From Candidatus Hydrothermarchaeota archaeon (GTDB lineage: Archaea; Hydrothermarchaeota; Hydrothermarchaeia; Hydrothermarchaeales; BMS3B), in the NCBI GenBank assembly GCA_964501105.1, contig CAZCRG010000001.1, positions 1 through 60,397 of the forward strand: a DNA stretch of 60,397 nt. The letters run 5' to 3'. Each line of letters starts with the position of its first letter. The stretch's first letter is position 1. A program made the position numbers and the translations under genes. Below are positions 48,241 through 58,048 of this stretch, piece after piece. The notes under the pieces were generated by a model, which was given only the letters and a program-made list of their open reading frames with translations, searched no databases and was not told the DNA's origin.

Positions 48241-50901
48241 CTACTCTTCCCCCCTCAAGCTTGCATAGCGCCTTACAATCTTGCCCACATCTACAATTCT
48301 GCCCCAGTCAGTTCTTGCAGTATCAGCACCATCTTCACCATGTCTGAACTCAACTATCACTCCTCGTGTATCTCTGACAGTACCGTCGTACTCAACCTTC
48401 AGGTCCTGCAGAGCATTCACAAGTCTCCTCTGCATATAACCGCTCTGAGAAGTTCTAACCGCAGTATCTACAAGACCTTCTCTTCCACCCATATTGTGGA
48501 AGAAGAATTCAATGGGTGAGAGTCCACTCTTATAGCTGGACTTCACAAAGCCCTTGGCTGCAGCACCAATATCGCCTACCTTAAAGTGGGGCAGTGTTCT
48601 TCCTGCATAACCTCTCTTAATTCTCTCACCTCTAACAGCCTGCTGTCCCACACAGGCAGTCATCTGAGTTAAATTGAGAAGACTTCCTCTTGCTCCTGAA
48701 ATTGCCATAACTCTGGCGCTGTTCTCTCTACCTCGCTTTTTCTCCTCCCTTTCAAGGTATTCATTGGCTATCATACCTGTCTTATCTCTGGCCTCGCTGA
48801 GCACCTGCATAATGCGCATCTCAAGAGTTTCCTCAAGACTCCTTCCAGGTAGAGCTTCCAGTAATTTATCATTAAATGCTTTTATTAACTCCTGTACTCT
48901 ATTATAGGCATTGTCAAGGACATCCTCAATTCTTTCCTTGGCTTCCTCTGGCAGGTCTTCATCATCTATACCTGTGCTGAAGCCTCTTCTTGAGATGGCA
49001 TTTATAACAAGCTTTGTTGCTGAGTCAAGGAACCTTCTGGCTTCATCAGTCCCGTAGTCTTTAACTATTCTATCCAGGAGTTCACCAGCAAAAGCACCAA
49101 AGCTCTTCTCATCCATAACGCCCTTGAGAAGCTTTCCATCCCTTATCACAACATAGGCATCATATTCACAGTCCTCTTCAGTACACACCTCGCACTTCTT
49201 GCACACTTTGGCTTTGTAGCTGAGGTTCAAATCCTCAGGAAGAAGTAAGGAGAAGAGCTGCTTTCCAGTATAGTATTCTACGCCATTTTCAACAATCTCA
49301 GGCTCAGGTAAGGGCTTTTTTATTCCACTGGCATATATGAGCTGGAAGGCCTGAGCCTTTGTGAACTTTGTGTCCTTCTGGGTAAAGAGATAGGCTCCTG
49401 AAATATGGTCGTGGATTCCTCCAATTATAGGCCCACCAAATCTCGGGGAGAGTATCTGCTCCTGAACACGCATCAAAACCCTTGCTTCTGCCCTTGCTTC
49501 CTGCCCCTGAATAGCATGCAAATTCATCTCGTCGCCATCGAAATCAGCATTGTAGGGCGGACAGACGCAGAGGTTAAGTCTAAAGGTTTTATAGGGCAGT
49601 ACTCTTACCTCATGAGCCATAATGCTCATTCTGTGCAAACTCGGCTGGCGGTTGAAGAGAACCACATCGCCATCCATAAGATGCCTGTGAACCTTCCAGC
49701 CTGGCTCTATCTTCTCAAGAAGCTCCTCCAGGTTTTTAACTCTTGCCAGACTTATTCTGTTGCCATCAGGCCTTTCAACATAGTTGGCTCCCGGGTAGTT
49801 GTAGGGACCATTTCTTATGACTTCCTTCAGGTGGTCTATGTTTAAGGGAGTAACCACCACAGGAACAGTTAACTCTCTTGCAATCACTTCGGGTACGCCA
49901 ACTTCATTTATACTTATACTCGGGTCGGGAGAGATAACAGTTCTGGCCGAGAAGTTCACTCTCTTACCTGAAAGGTTGCTCCTGAATCTTCCCTCTTTGC
50001 CCTTGAGCCTCTGGGCCAGAGTTTTAAGAGGCCTTCCAGAGCGATGTCTTGCAGGTGGCACACCTGCAACCTCATTGTTGAAGTAGGTGGTAACATGGTA
50101 CTGGAGAAGCTCCCAGAGGTCTTCAATAATAAGCTGGGGAGCACCTGCCTCAATATTCTCCTCGAGGCGCTGGTTGATTCTTATTATATCCACCAGCTTA
50201 TGAGTCAGGTCATCTTCGCTCCTCTCACCAGACTCAAGAGTAATAGAAGGTCTGGCTGTAACAGGAGGCACAGGGAGAACTGTAAGTACCATCCACTCAG
50301 GTCTTGCCACTTCAAGGTCAAAGCCCATAACCTCAGCATCGCTGTCAGTAATCTTTTCAAGGCGCTCTCTCACATCAGCTGGCGAAAGTCTCTGGCCGTC
50401 TTCAATATAGGTTGCAGGTTTGTCAAACTTTATATCAGGTATTTCCGCACCACAGTGGGGGCATTTTTTAGGAGTTTTTGCCTCCTTAAAAAGATCCTCA
50501 ATTATCGGGTCTATATTTTTTCCAATCTTTCTTGCAGTTTTAATCTCCTGTCTGTACTTATCAATTCTGTCTTCTGGCAGTTTTATTCTGCCGCAGCTTC
50601 CACAAATTGATTTAAGAATCTTATATATTCGCTTTGCATAGCCAACGTGGATTACAGGTCTTGCAAGTTCAATTCTTCCAAAGTGCCCAGGGCAGTCACC
50701 AACTCTTGAATTGCAGGTTCCGCACCTCAAGCCAGGGTCCACAATACCAAGGCGCTTGTCCATTAAACCTCCTTCAATTGGATAACCATCTTCATCGTAA
50801 GTTTCGGCGGTTATTATTTTGAGTACTGAGAATTTCCTGATATATTCTGGAGACAACAGTCCAAACTTAATTCCATCTATTTTTTTTGGTATTATTCTCA
50901 T
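48241..50901 (-). CDS. rpoA1: DNA-directed RNA polymerase subunit A'
   Basis: Zinc motifs CGTC...CPGHFG and the catalytic motif NADFDGDEMN. Confidence 0.97.
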   Translation of the reverse strand: MRIIPKKIDGIKFGLLSPEYIRKFSVLKIITAETYDEDGYPIEGGLMDKRLGIVDPGLRCGTCNSRVGDCPGHFGRIELARPVIHVGYAKRIYKILKSICGSCGRIKLPEDRIDKYRQEIKTARKIGKNIDPIIEDLFKEAKTPKKCPHCGAEIPDIKFDKPATYIEDGQRLSPADVRERLEKITDSDAEVMGFDLEVARPEWMVLTVLPVPPVTARPSITLESGERSEDDLTHKLVDIIRINQRLEENIEAGAPQLIIEDLWELLQYHVTTYFNNEVAGVPPARHRSGRPLKTLAQRLKGKEGRFRSNLSGKRVNFSARTVISPDPSISINEVGVPEVIARELTVPVVVTPLNIDHLKEVIRNGPYNYPGANYVERPDGNRISLARVKNLEELLEKIEPGWKVHRHLMDGDVVLFNRQPSLHRMSIMAHEVRVLPYKTFRLNLCVCPPYNADFDGDEMNLHAIQGQEARAEARVLMRVQEQILSPRFGGPIIGGIHDHISGAYLFTQKDTKFTKAQAFQLIYASGIKKPLPEPEIVENGVEYYTGKQLFSLLLPEDLNLSYKAKVCKKCEVCTEEDCEYDAYVVIRDGKLLKGVMDEKSFGAFAGELLDRIVKDYGTDEARRFLDSATKLVINAISRRGFSTGIDDEDLPEEAKERIEDVLDNAYNRVQELIKAFNDKLLEALPGRSLEETLEMRIMQVLSEARDKTGMIANEYLEREEKKRGRENSARVMAISGARGSLLNLTQMTACVGQQAVRGERIKRGYAGRTLPHFKVGDIGAAAKGFVKSSYKSGLSPIEFFFHNMGGREGLVDTAVRTSQSGYMQRRLVNALQDLKVEYDGTVRDTRGVIVEFRHGEDGADTARTDWGRIVDVGKIVRRYASLRGEE

Positions 50902-50909
50902 GCCATCAC

Positions 50910-52721
50910 CTACGCCTTATCTCCAAGAATGAGTTTTGGATTTATTCCGAGGGACTTGAGCTCGTCCAATAGAAGCTTAAAGGCATAGCTTACCTCAACT
51001 TCTGCTGCCTCACTTTCTGTCCCACACACAGGACAATAGATCAGGCTTTTTATACTATCATATACTGCAACACTTCCACAGCTTTCGCATACAAGCATTG
51101 TATGCCTGTCGCTTTCATCAAGAAGCCTTTCTTTAAGAAGTAAGGCGGCACCATAGCCTATGAGGCAATCTCTCTCCATTTCACCAAATCTCAAACCACC
51201 TTCTCTTGCCCTTCCTTCTGTTGGCTGTCTTGTCAATACCTGCACAGGACCTCTTGAACGGGCATGAATCTTTCCAGCCACCATATGGTGGAGTTTCTGG
51301 TAATATGCAACGCCAATAAAGATTTCAGCCTCAAACTTCTCTCCAGTTATTCCATTGTACATTACCTCTCTACCGCTGGACTTGAAGCCATTCTTAATAA
51401 GAAGCTCTCTGAGGTACTCCTCACTATCACTTGAAAAGGCTGTAGCATTACTTCTTCTACCCTCAAGGCTTGCAACCTTTCCAGCAATCATCTCAAGAAC
51501 CTGTCCAACTGTCATTCTTGAAGGCACAGCATGGGGGTTTATAATGAGGTCTGGAATAATTCCATCCTCTGTGAAGGGCATATCCTCCTGGGGCACTATT
51601 AAACCTACTACACCCTTCTGCCCGTGCCTGGAGGCAAACTTATCTCCGAGCTCTGGAATTCTCTGGTCACGGCAGCGCACCTTCACCAGGCGGTTGCCAT
51701 TGGTGTTTTCAGTAAGCATAACCATATCAACCACGCCATCTTCGCCATGGCGCACAGTGACAGAGGTTTCCCTCCTCTTTTCCTTGGCTAAGCCATACTC
51801 AGTGATTTCCTCAAGGAATCTTGGTGGTGAAGTCTTGCCAATAAGCACATGCCCTGCCCTGACTTCTGACTCTGGCTCCACTATACCATCTTCGCCAAGG
51901 TAAGCATAGTCTGCCTCACTTCTAAAGCCCCTGATATCCTGCTCTGGAAGTTCAAATTTATCCATCTGTCCTCCAGGGTAACGTCTCTCCTCAGCCTCGT
52001 AGGTTCTGAAGAAGGTACTCCTTGCTAAACCTCGCTCTATAGAAGCCTTGTTCATTATGAAGGCATCTTCCATATTGTAGCCCCTGTAGCTAAGTATAGC
52101 CACGACAAAGTTCTGGCCTGCTGCCCTCTCATCATAGCCTATAGTTCGCATTATCTCTGTTTCCACAAGAGATATCTGTGGATAATGTAGCAGGTGTGCC
52201 CTGGTATCTGTCCTTATGTGAAAATTGGAAGCAAAGAAGCCAAGGCTCTGCTTGCTCATTCCAGCGCCCATGGTGTTTCTGGGTGAAGAGTTGTGTTCAG
52301 GAAATGGAAGAATGGAGGTACATACTCCAAGCATTAACATCGGGTCAATTTCAAGATGGGTATGTTCATCAGTAAGATCCTCTACATTCATTGCAATATA
52401 TGCATTCTCCTCCTCTTCTGAATCAAGATACTCAACCTTACCCTGAGCAATAAGATCGTCAAAACCAATTTCTCCTTTCTTTAATGCCTCAATATCCTTG
52501 TCTGTAACAGCAGGCTTTCCGTCATTTACCACAATTAAAGGCCTTCTTGATCTCCCCGCATCTGTATTTATATAAACTTCATGGGTATCTGCATAGTAAG
52601 CTACATTCACCTGACTTGAAATCTTTCCCTTTCTTCTTGATTCTTTTATCTCTTCAACAAGAGTAAGGGGATCATCATGCTTCCCGATGAGCTTTCCATT
52701 GATATAAACGCTGGCTTCCAT
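50910..52721 (-). CDS. rpoB1: DNA-directed RNA polymerase subunit B' (C-terminal part of split RpoB)
   Basis: [13 protein letters not shown] and the C-terminal zinc ribbon CESCG...CPVCG. Confidence 0.97.
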   Translation of the reverse strand: MEASVYINGKLIGKHDDPLTLVEEIKESRRKGKISSQVNVAYYADTHEVYINTDAGRSRRPLIVVNDGKPAVTDKDIEALKKGEIGFDDLIAQGKVEYLDSEEEENAYIAMNVEDLTDEHTHLEIDPMLMLGVCTSILPFPEHNSSPRNTMGAGMSKQSLGFFASNFHIRTDTRAHLLHYPQISLVETEIMRTIGYDERAAGQNFVVAILSYRGYNMEDAFIMNKASIERGLARSTFFRTYEAEERRYPGGQMDKFELPEQDIRGFRSEADYAYLGEDGIVEPESEVRAGHVLIGKTSPPRFLEEITEYGLAKEKRRETSVTVRHGEDGVVDMVMLTENTNGNRLVKVRCRDQRIPELGDKFASRHGQKGVVGLIVPQEDMPFTEDGIIPDLIINPHAVPSRMTVGQVLEMIAGKVASLEGRRSNATAFSSDSEEYLRELLIKNGFKSSGREVMYNGITGEKFEAEIFIGVAYYQKLHHMVAGKIHARSRGPVQVLTRQPTEGRAREGGLRFGEMERDCLIGYGAALLLKERLLDESDRHTMLVCESCGSVAVYDSIKSLIYCPVCGTESEAAEVEVSYAFKLLLDELKSLGINPKLILGDKA

Positions 52722-54212
52722 TTATACACCCCCTTCTTTTTCAATTTTTTTCACTCCCATATGAAACAGTACTTTCTCAAGTTCTTCTTCTGGAAATCCT
52801 GTCGAAAATTCACAGGCTAAAGCGAGGTTCTTCACAAGACCGCAGTTTGGTCCTTCTGGAGTCTCACTGGGGCAGATTCTTCCAAACTGAGTTGGATGTA
52901 GGTCTCTGGCTTCAAAGTGTGGCTGAGACCTCGAAAGAGGAGAAACTACTCTTCTGAGGTGGGAGACTACGCTGAGATAATTTGTCCTGTCTAAAAGCTG
53001 GCTTACTCCAGCCCTTCCTCCCACCCAGTTGCCAGTAGCAAGAGCATGTCTTATGCGCTCTGTGAGAACATCACTTCTTACAGCAGTTTTAACAAAAGGC
53101 TCCTTCCCTCTCACCACAGCCCTTTCAAGCTGATATTTTATGTCTCTTAAAAGATTGTAGAAAGCAACCCTGAAGAGATCCTCCATGAGGTCACCTGCCA
53201 AGCGCAGCCTCTTATTTGCATAATGGTCCTTGTCATCCTCCTCACGTTTTCCAACAGAAAGCTCAAGAAGTCTCACTACCATTCTTCCAAGGTAGTGAGC
53301 CTTTTTTAGCCTGTCATCTTTGTCCACGCCAATATGTGGTAAAAGATATCTATCGAGAGCATCCTCAGCCCTCTTCAGCCTGTAATCTCTTGTTTGACCG
53401 GGAGCTACCTTTTTTCCTATATACTCCATAGCTGCATCTCTGTCTGTAATATTGGCATACTCTTCAATGTTTATTAAAATATCATCCATAAGCTCTGGAT
53501 CATCAGTTATTGTGTTAATAATCTCTTGATGGCTTCCAAGGCCAAGAGCGTACATTAAAATAATTAAGGGGATATCACCCGGAACAGAAGGAAAACTAAC
53601 ACCTATTAAACCATCCCTGTCACGTTGCACAGTTACAAGAGCTCTGAAGCCACCCCTCTTGGAGAAGACCTTGGAAACATCAGTTATCTTTGAAGAGCGG
53701 TCATTCTTTTCCAGCATTATCTTATTCGGTGCAAGATCCTCAATTGTAACAAGAACACGCTCAGAACCGTTAACTATAAAGTAGCCACCTGGATCAAGGG
53801 GATCCTCACCTATCTCCAAAAGCTCCTCAGTGCTCTTGCCATAAAGATTACATATTTTGGATTTTATCATTGTGGGTAGCATACCTATCTTTAATTCCTC
53901 AAACTCACCTTCCCTATCAGGTCTCTTGAGTTTCATCTCAAGAAAAACTGGAGAAAAGTAGCTTAGATTTCTAAGTCTTGCCTCATTTGGAGTTATTCTG
54001 TTCCTTGAACCATCAGCCTCTATAACCTCCGCCGGTTCTACTCTAATTTTACCAAGCTCAACCTCAATACCAACATCTGTTTCTATTATCTTATTCTCGT
54101 CGACTATTTGCTGTAATCTATTTTCAATAAAGTCATTGTAAGAATCTATGTGCTGCCTTACAAGCTCTCGCTTTTTCAAAAGAGACCTCAAAATTGGCTT
54201 TCTGTCCAGCAA
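52722..54212 (-). CDS. rpoB2: DNA-directed RNA polymerase subunit B'' (N-terminal part of split RpoB)
   Basis: Rpb2 N-terminal (protrusion/lobe/fork) homology. The stop abuts the rpoB1 start. Confidence 0.97.
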   Translation of the reverse strand: MLDRKPILRSLLKKRELVRQHIDSYNDFIENRLQQIVDENKIIETDVGIEVELGKIRVEPAEVIEADGSRNRITPNEARLRNLSYFSPVFLEMKLKRPDREGEFEELKIGMLPTMIKSKICNLYGKSTEELLEIGEDPLDPGGYFIVNGSERVLVTIEDLAPNKIMLEKNDRSSKITDVSKVFSKRGGFRALVTVQRDRDGLIGVSFPSVPGDIPLIILMYALGLGSHQEIINTITDDPELMDDILINIEEYANITDRDAAMEYIGKKVAPGQTRDYRLKRAEDALDRYLLPHIGVDKDDRLKKAHYLGRMVVRLLELSVGKREEDDKDHYANKRLRLAGDLMEDLFRVAFYNLLRDIKYQLERAVVRGKEPFVKTAVRSDVLTERIRHALATGNWVGGRAGVSQLLDRTNYLSVVSHLRRVVSPLSRSQPHFEARDLHPTQFGRICPSETPEGPNCGLVKNLALACEFSTGFPEEELEKVLFHMGVKKIEKEGGV

Positions 54213-54223
54213 AATCTCACCTC

Positions 54224-54466
54224 TTAAGGTTCAATAACCACTCTATAATATTTGCTCTCTCCAGCTGTTTTGCTTTTCCTTGTTATACATATAATATCCC
54301 CAACACTTGCCTTAATCTTCTTGACCATAGGATCATTTTTATATATCTTTGGAAGTTGCCCTCGGCTTATATTGAGCTTATCCAGCAGTTCCTTAGCCTC
54401 TTCTTCTGAAAGTACCTCATGCTTCGGAACAAGTTCATGTTTCGAAATATCCAATCTTCTTGCCAT
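54224..54466 (-). CDS. rpoH: DNA-directed RNA polymerase subunit H
   Basis: The HELVPKHEVL motif. I prefer the ATG at 54466 (MARRLDISKHE), which is preceded by GGAGGGT at 5 nt. The ORF-track start at 54508 would run to within 5 nt of the tRNA-Lys 3' end. Confidence 0.9.
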   Translation of the reverse strand: MARRLDISKHELVPKHEVLSEEEAKELLDKLNISRGQLPKIYKNDPMVKKIKASVGDIICITRKSKTAGESKYYRVVIEP

Positions 54467-54512
54467 GAATACCCTCCTGGGCTTTAATAATCTATCCTCC
54501 CTGAGCATTTAG

Positions 54513-54587
54513 CGGGCCCGACGGGATTCGAACCCGCGACACCCGGCTTAAAAGGCCGGTGCTCTAGCCAGACTGAGCTACGGGCCC
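54513..54587 (-). tRNA. tRNA-Lys (anticodon UUU)
   Basis: The minus strand reads GGGCCCG-TA-GCTCAGTCTGGCTAGAGC-A-CCGGC-CTTTTAA-GCCGG-GTGTC-GCGGGTTCGAATCCCGT-CGGGCCC-G. The cloverleaf is complete and no CCA is encoded. Confidence 0.9.
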
Positions 54588-54740
54588 ATACACAACCTGC
54601 GCTAGAAGAAAGAAAGCCCCGACTACTTCTGAACAAATATTTATAAAATGACGAAGCTACTTTAGAATAACTTAAACTGGTCATCACGGGGCTACCTCTC
54701 TTCTCAGGGGGGATTTTCATATTTTCTATAATTCTGGAGA

Positions 54741-54815
54741 CGCCCTGGTCGGGATTTGAACCCGAGTCGCAGGAGTGACAGTCCTGCATGATAGGCCGGT
54801 CTACACTACCAGGGC
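54741..54815 (-). tRNA. tRNA-Asp (anticodon GUC)
   Basis: The minus strand reads GCCCTGG-TA-GTGTAGACCGGCCTATCAT-GCAGG-ACTGTCAC-TCCTGC-GAC-TCGGGTTCAAATCCCGA-CCAGGGC-G. This is a typical archaeal tRNA-Asp. Confidence 0.9.
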
Positions 54816-54873
54816 AACATCCAGAGATGATAGGATTTAACCATCTTCTAAAATCTTCAATAATTATGAGGGG

Positions 54874-54991
54874 GCTGGCAGCGTCCTCGCCTTCCCGCGA
54901 GCTCGCGCATCGCAGTACAAGCGAGATCGCTGGAGGGCTTAACTTCCGTGTTCTAATGGGAACGGGTGTGGCCCCTCCGCTGTGGCCGCCA
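54874..54991 (-). rRNA. rrf: 5S ribosomal RNA (ends approximate, about +/-4 nt)
   Basis: The minus strand reads TGGCGGCCACAGCGGAGGGGCCACACCCGTTCCCATTAGAACACGGAAGTTAAGCCCTCCAGCGAT...GCTGCCAG. Helix I pairs GGCGGC with GCTGCC, and the loop C/helix III consensus CCGTTCCCAT..GAACACGGAAGTTAAGC is present. Confidence 0.85.
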
Positions 54992-55111
54992 TACCCTTCA
55001 AGTGACCTTTGCATACTAAATTCTTGCTTACTCTTTGCATTTTGCTTTTGGGCTCTTGCATAAAAGTTGGTGTAACTATTGCAAATATTATCGTAACAGG
55101 TACTGCGCAGG

Positions 55112-55915
55112 TTACCCGAAATTTATATTGTTTGGACAGATTCTGAATTCACAGGCTTTGCAGTTCCTTGGTGGTACCCTGAGTGGAGGCTCCCCCTTTA
55201 TGTTCCTTACAAAATCGAAAGCTTCAGTTACACTGCTCTCCTCCCCTTCCAGAATAAAAGTTACTGCATGAGCTCTTCCAAGACTTCCTGCAGATATGGC
55301 ATAGGCTCTGACCCCAAAGAGTATATCAAAAGCTTTCTCCTCTGTGATAATCTCTCCCGCCACAGGGAAAATCCCAACTGGTACTCCTGTTGAAAGTCTG
55401 ACTTTTTCTATTCCCATTTTCTTTGAGAGTTCAGATATACTCCAGAGTACTGACTTTTCTATACCTGCAGGCACAATAATATCAACTCCCCTTGCCTTTG
55501 CAATGCCATAAACCTTTGCTATTGTGCCTCCAACATCACTCGCAAGCATAACACCTGCAGTTCCATCTCTATCAATGGCATTTGCTCCTTTTATAATCAC
55601 ATCTCCAGAATGCATTTTAGATATAATATCACCAACACTGGCATCCACAAGCCTCCCCTTCTCAAGAACCACCTCCTTTAATCTGAGTTTTGAAGGAAGA
55701 ACACAACTCCCCTTTTCATCAAGATAACCGGCTATATACCTTGATTTATCAAGAGATTCTCCCAGAAGTTCTTCAGCAATGTAGGCATTAGTTGAACCAA
55801 GACCTATAGCCACAATTCCATCTTTTAAAGCCCTCTTAACTTTATTGTGTTCTACCACGGCTTTAGCTATAAGCCTCTTGGATTCTGTTGAAGATAGTGT
55901 TATTTGAGCAAGCAT
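55112..55915 (-). CDS. Conserved hypothetical protein, possibly with a NagB/RpiA/LUD-like fold
   Basis: 267 aa. GIVAIGLGSTNAY and IIKGANAIDRDGTAGVMLASDVGGT weakly recall RpiA/eIF2B/LUD-type sugar-phosphate or CoA-transferase folds. The C-terminus carries CKACEFRICP. It is the last gene of the roadblock operon. Confidence 0.4.
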   Translation of the reverse strand: MLAQITLSSTESKRLIAKAVVEHNKVKRALKDGIVAIGLGSTNAYIAEELLGESLDKSRYIAGYLDEKGSCVLPSKLRLKEVVLEKGRLVDASVGDIISKMHSGDVIIKGANAIDRDGTAGVMLASDVGGTIAKVYGIAKARGVDIIVPAGIEKSVLWSISELSKKMGIEKVRLSTGVPVGIFPVAGEIITEEKAFDILFGVRAYAISAGSLGRAHAVTFILEGEESSVTEAFDFVRNIKGEPPLRVPPRNCKACEFRICPNNINFG

Positions 55916-55917
55916 GT

Positions 55918-56286
55918 TTAAAGAGAACTTTTTATTTTTTCTACAGTCTTCTTTGCCTGTACTCTTATATATCCAAGATTTATACTCGGCTCAGTGAAAA
56001 ATCCGAAAAACACATCGCCAGCATTCATTATGAAAAGTTTACCATTCTCAGCCTCAGTCATTACATTGTAAACCTCACCAAAGCCAGCAGTCGAAGAAAC
56101 CTCCTTGGCTGCATTTAGTAGCTGTGTCATAAGTCCACCGGCAGCCTCCTGCTCTTCCATAGACATATTTGGAGCATGAGATGCTATAAGCAGGCCATCA
56201 GCATCCATAATGCCGGCAGCAATTACTCCTGAATTTTTAACAAAATCCACAATTATTCGCTCTAAAATCTCCTGCATAACAACCAC
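55918..56286 (-). CDS. Roadblock/LC7 (MglB-like) domain protein
   Basis: 122 aa. GVIAAGIMDADGLLIAS...LFIMNAGDVFFGFFT is the typical Robl/LC7 pattern. Confidence 0.7.
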   Translation of the reverse strand: MVVMQEILERIIVDFVKNSGVIAAGIMDADGLLIASHAPNMSMEEQEAAGGLMTQLLNAAKEVSSTAGFGEVYNVMTEAENGKLFIMNAGDVFFGFFTEPSINLGYIRVQAKKTVEKIKSSL

Positions 56287-56289
56287 TCC

Positions 56290-56727
56290 TCAATATTTAA
56301 TTCCAGCTCCTTTTGCCTTATTAATATTATCTATATACTCCCTTAAAAGTTTTTCCAGATTCCTGTAAAAATTATCCACATCAGCAATCCTGTTTACAAC
56401 CACAATCAGATAACCATTATCCAAAAAAGCAACTACTACTGTAGCTTTATCAGTGTCCACCATAACTGTATTTATATTTCCATAGTTTATCATGGAGGAG
56501 GTTTCAAGAGAAAATATACGTATCTCATTGAGCTTCCTCAACACCTCAGAACAATCTTTTGAACTCCTTTCAGGATAAATCATATTACTGTCTCTGTCTA
56601 TAAAATAAACTTTCCCAACTCCATCAATTTTCCCTATTTCCAGAGAAAGAAGCCTTATAGCCCCTTCAGCATCAATTTTACCTTCTCTTATCTCCTTTAA
56701 TCTAACTTTCCATCTGAGAGGAAGCAT
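56290..56727 (-). CDS. Divergent roadblock/LC7-like protein
   Basis: 145 aa. VGKVYFIDRDSNMIY...ATVVVAFLDNGYLIVVV has the same alpha-beta-beta...beta-beta-alpha spacing as Robl domains. The similarity is weak. Confidence 0.4.
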   Translation of the reverse strand: MLPLRWKVRLKEIREGKIDAEGAIRLLSLEIGKIDGVGKVYFIDRDSNMIYPERSSKDCSEVLRKLNEIRIFSLETSSMINYGNINTVMVDTDKATVVVAFLDNGYLIVVVNRIADVDNFYRNLEKLLREYIDNINKAKGAGIKY

Positions 56728-56729
56728 CC

Positions 56730-57008
56730 CTACATTCTCTCCTTTATATACTCTATTTTACAACCAGTCTTCTCAGCAACCTTTTTAACAGTATCAACAG
56801 CCACCTCCCTATCCTCTTTACTGCCAACAAGATAAAAGCGCATAATTGAAGGCATCCTCTCTTCAACACCAGCCTTAAGAGCAGCAAAACTTACCTCCAC
56901 ATGCATTACTTCTACATCCAGGTCTCTTATTGCCTTTTCAAGTTCAAATATAACACCTTTCTCAAGTATATGCCCGACCATCCTTATCTCAGTCTTGGGT
57001 TCTAACAA
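56730..57008 (-). CDS. Small hypothetical protein (ACT/ferredoxin-like fold suspected)
   Basis: 92-aa ORF, the first gene of the 4-gene minus-strand operon (intergenic gaps of 2-3 nt). Confidence 0.4.
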   Translation of the reverse strand: MLEPKTEIRMVGHILEKGVIFELEKAIRDLDVEVMHVEVSFAALKAGVEERMPSIMRFYLVGSKEDREVAVDTVKKVAEKTGCKIEYIKERM

Positions 57009-57286
57009 ACAATCACCTCAAAGCTATTATGTAAAGGTAACAATATAATTTTTACTTAACTGTAATCTCCAGCATGTAATATTCTGGAGATAATTTTTTA
57101 TACTTATCCGAGATATTAAAAATTAGAAATGATAGCCTCTGAATATGATAGTAACCTGGAATATATATGTTGTAATATATTGCCGGGGTGGGAGAGGTAT
57201 TTACATAAAGAAATGTTATGGGAAATATTTAATAGAACAGAAAACAATATATATTTTCGTGCCCTGCTCGGCAGTGTGGTGTACCC

Positions 57287-58048
57287 ATGATTGATAAAGT
57301 TGAAACAGGAATATATGGTCTGGATGAGATGCTTGAAGGAGGGTTTCCCGGAGGTTATACTATCCTGATATCGGGTGGTCCAGGTACTGGAAAGTCAACC
57401 CTTGCAATGCAATTCCTGATAAATGGTATTGAGAGGGGAGAAGAGGGCATATATATAACTTTTGAAGAGAGACCAAAAGATATAATAAGAAACTTTTCCC
57501 AGTACGGCTGGGACCTGAGTAATATATATATTATAGGGGTTGTAACTAAAAAATCAAGTTTTGTGCCTCCTGTTGATTATGTCACTGATGTTGAGGGTGA
57601 AGAGAAAAACTACAGAGAATATACTCCCAAGAACTTTTCAGTTGACCTTCTCAGAGATATTATAATAGAGGAAGTTAAAAAAAGAAATGCCAAGAGGCTT
57701 GTTATTGACTCGCTACCTGCCCTTGCGTTGCATTTTGATAGTGAAACAAAGATAAGAGAGGAAATCTTAGGGCTTGTCAACCTCCTGGCAGAGCTTGAGT
57801 GTACCTCCCTTATTCTTACAGAGATGCCAATGGATGGTAAGGGTATAAGCAGATATGGTATTGAGGAATTTCTTGTGCATGGTGTTATAGCACTTTACAA
57901 TATCAGAAAAGGTAGTGAGAGAGTAAGGGGACTTGAGATTCTTAAAATGAGAGGTACTAGGCATAGTAAGAAAATCTGCCTCATGGAGATAGGAGCCTCA
58001 GGAATAGAAGTATATCCCAGTGAAAGTCTCTACAGCGAGGAATATTAA
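57287..58048 (+). CDS. Single-domain KaiC/RadA-like ATPase (ArlH/FlaH-like architecture)
   Basis: TGIYGLDEMLEGGFPGG, Walker A GGPGTGKST, Walker B RLVIDS, and the C-terminal LKMRGTRHS typical of KaiC-like proteins. Confidence 0.8.
   Translation: MIDKVETGIYGLDEMLEGGFPGGYTILISGGPGTGKSTLAMQFLINGIERGEEGIYITFEERPKDIIRNFSQYGWDLSNIYIIGVVTKKSSFVPPVDYVTDVEGEEKNYREYTPKNFSVDLLRDIIIEEVKKRNAKRLVIDSLPALALHFDSETKIREEILGLVNLLAELECTSLILTEMPMDGKGISRYGIEEFLVHGVIALYNIRKGSERVRGLEILKMRGTRHSKKICLMEIGASGIEVYPSESLYSEEY

Noticed and set aside
54588-54740. Possible C/D-box sRNA in the tRNA-Asp/tRNA-Lys spacer
   Set aside because: The minus strand has terminal CCCCG...CGGGG complementarity and a C-box-like GTGATGA (plus-strand tcatcac at 54681-54687). 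No CUGA D box sits next to the 3' stem (it reads TCAGAAGTAGT) and there is no clear C'/D' pair. The element is also interrupted by a TATA-like tract. I therefore do not call it an sRNA.
54484-55014. 176-aa minus-strand ORF in the track
   Set aside because: It runs straight through tRNA-Lys, tRNA-Asp and the 5S rRNA. The frame stays open only because these RNA genes are GC-rich, so it is not a protein gene.
57065-57091. 8-bp stem hairpin ATCTCCAG-N11-CTGGAGAT followed by an A/T run
   Set aside because: It lies in a divergent promoter region, so no upstream gene on either strand would use it as a terminator. It could be a regulator site, but a single short hairpin in AT-rich DNA is not enough evidence.
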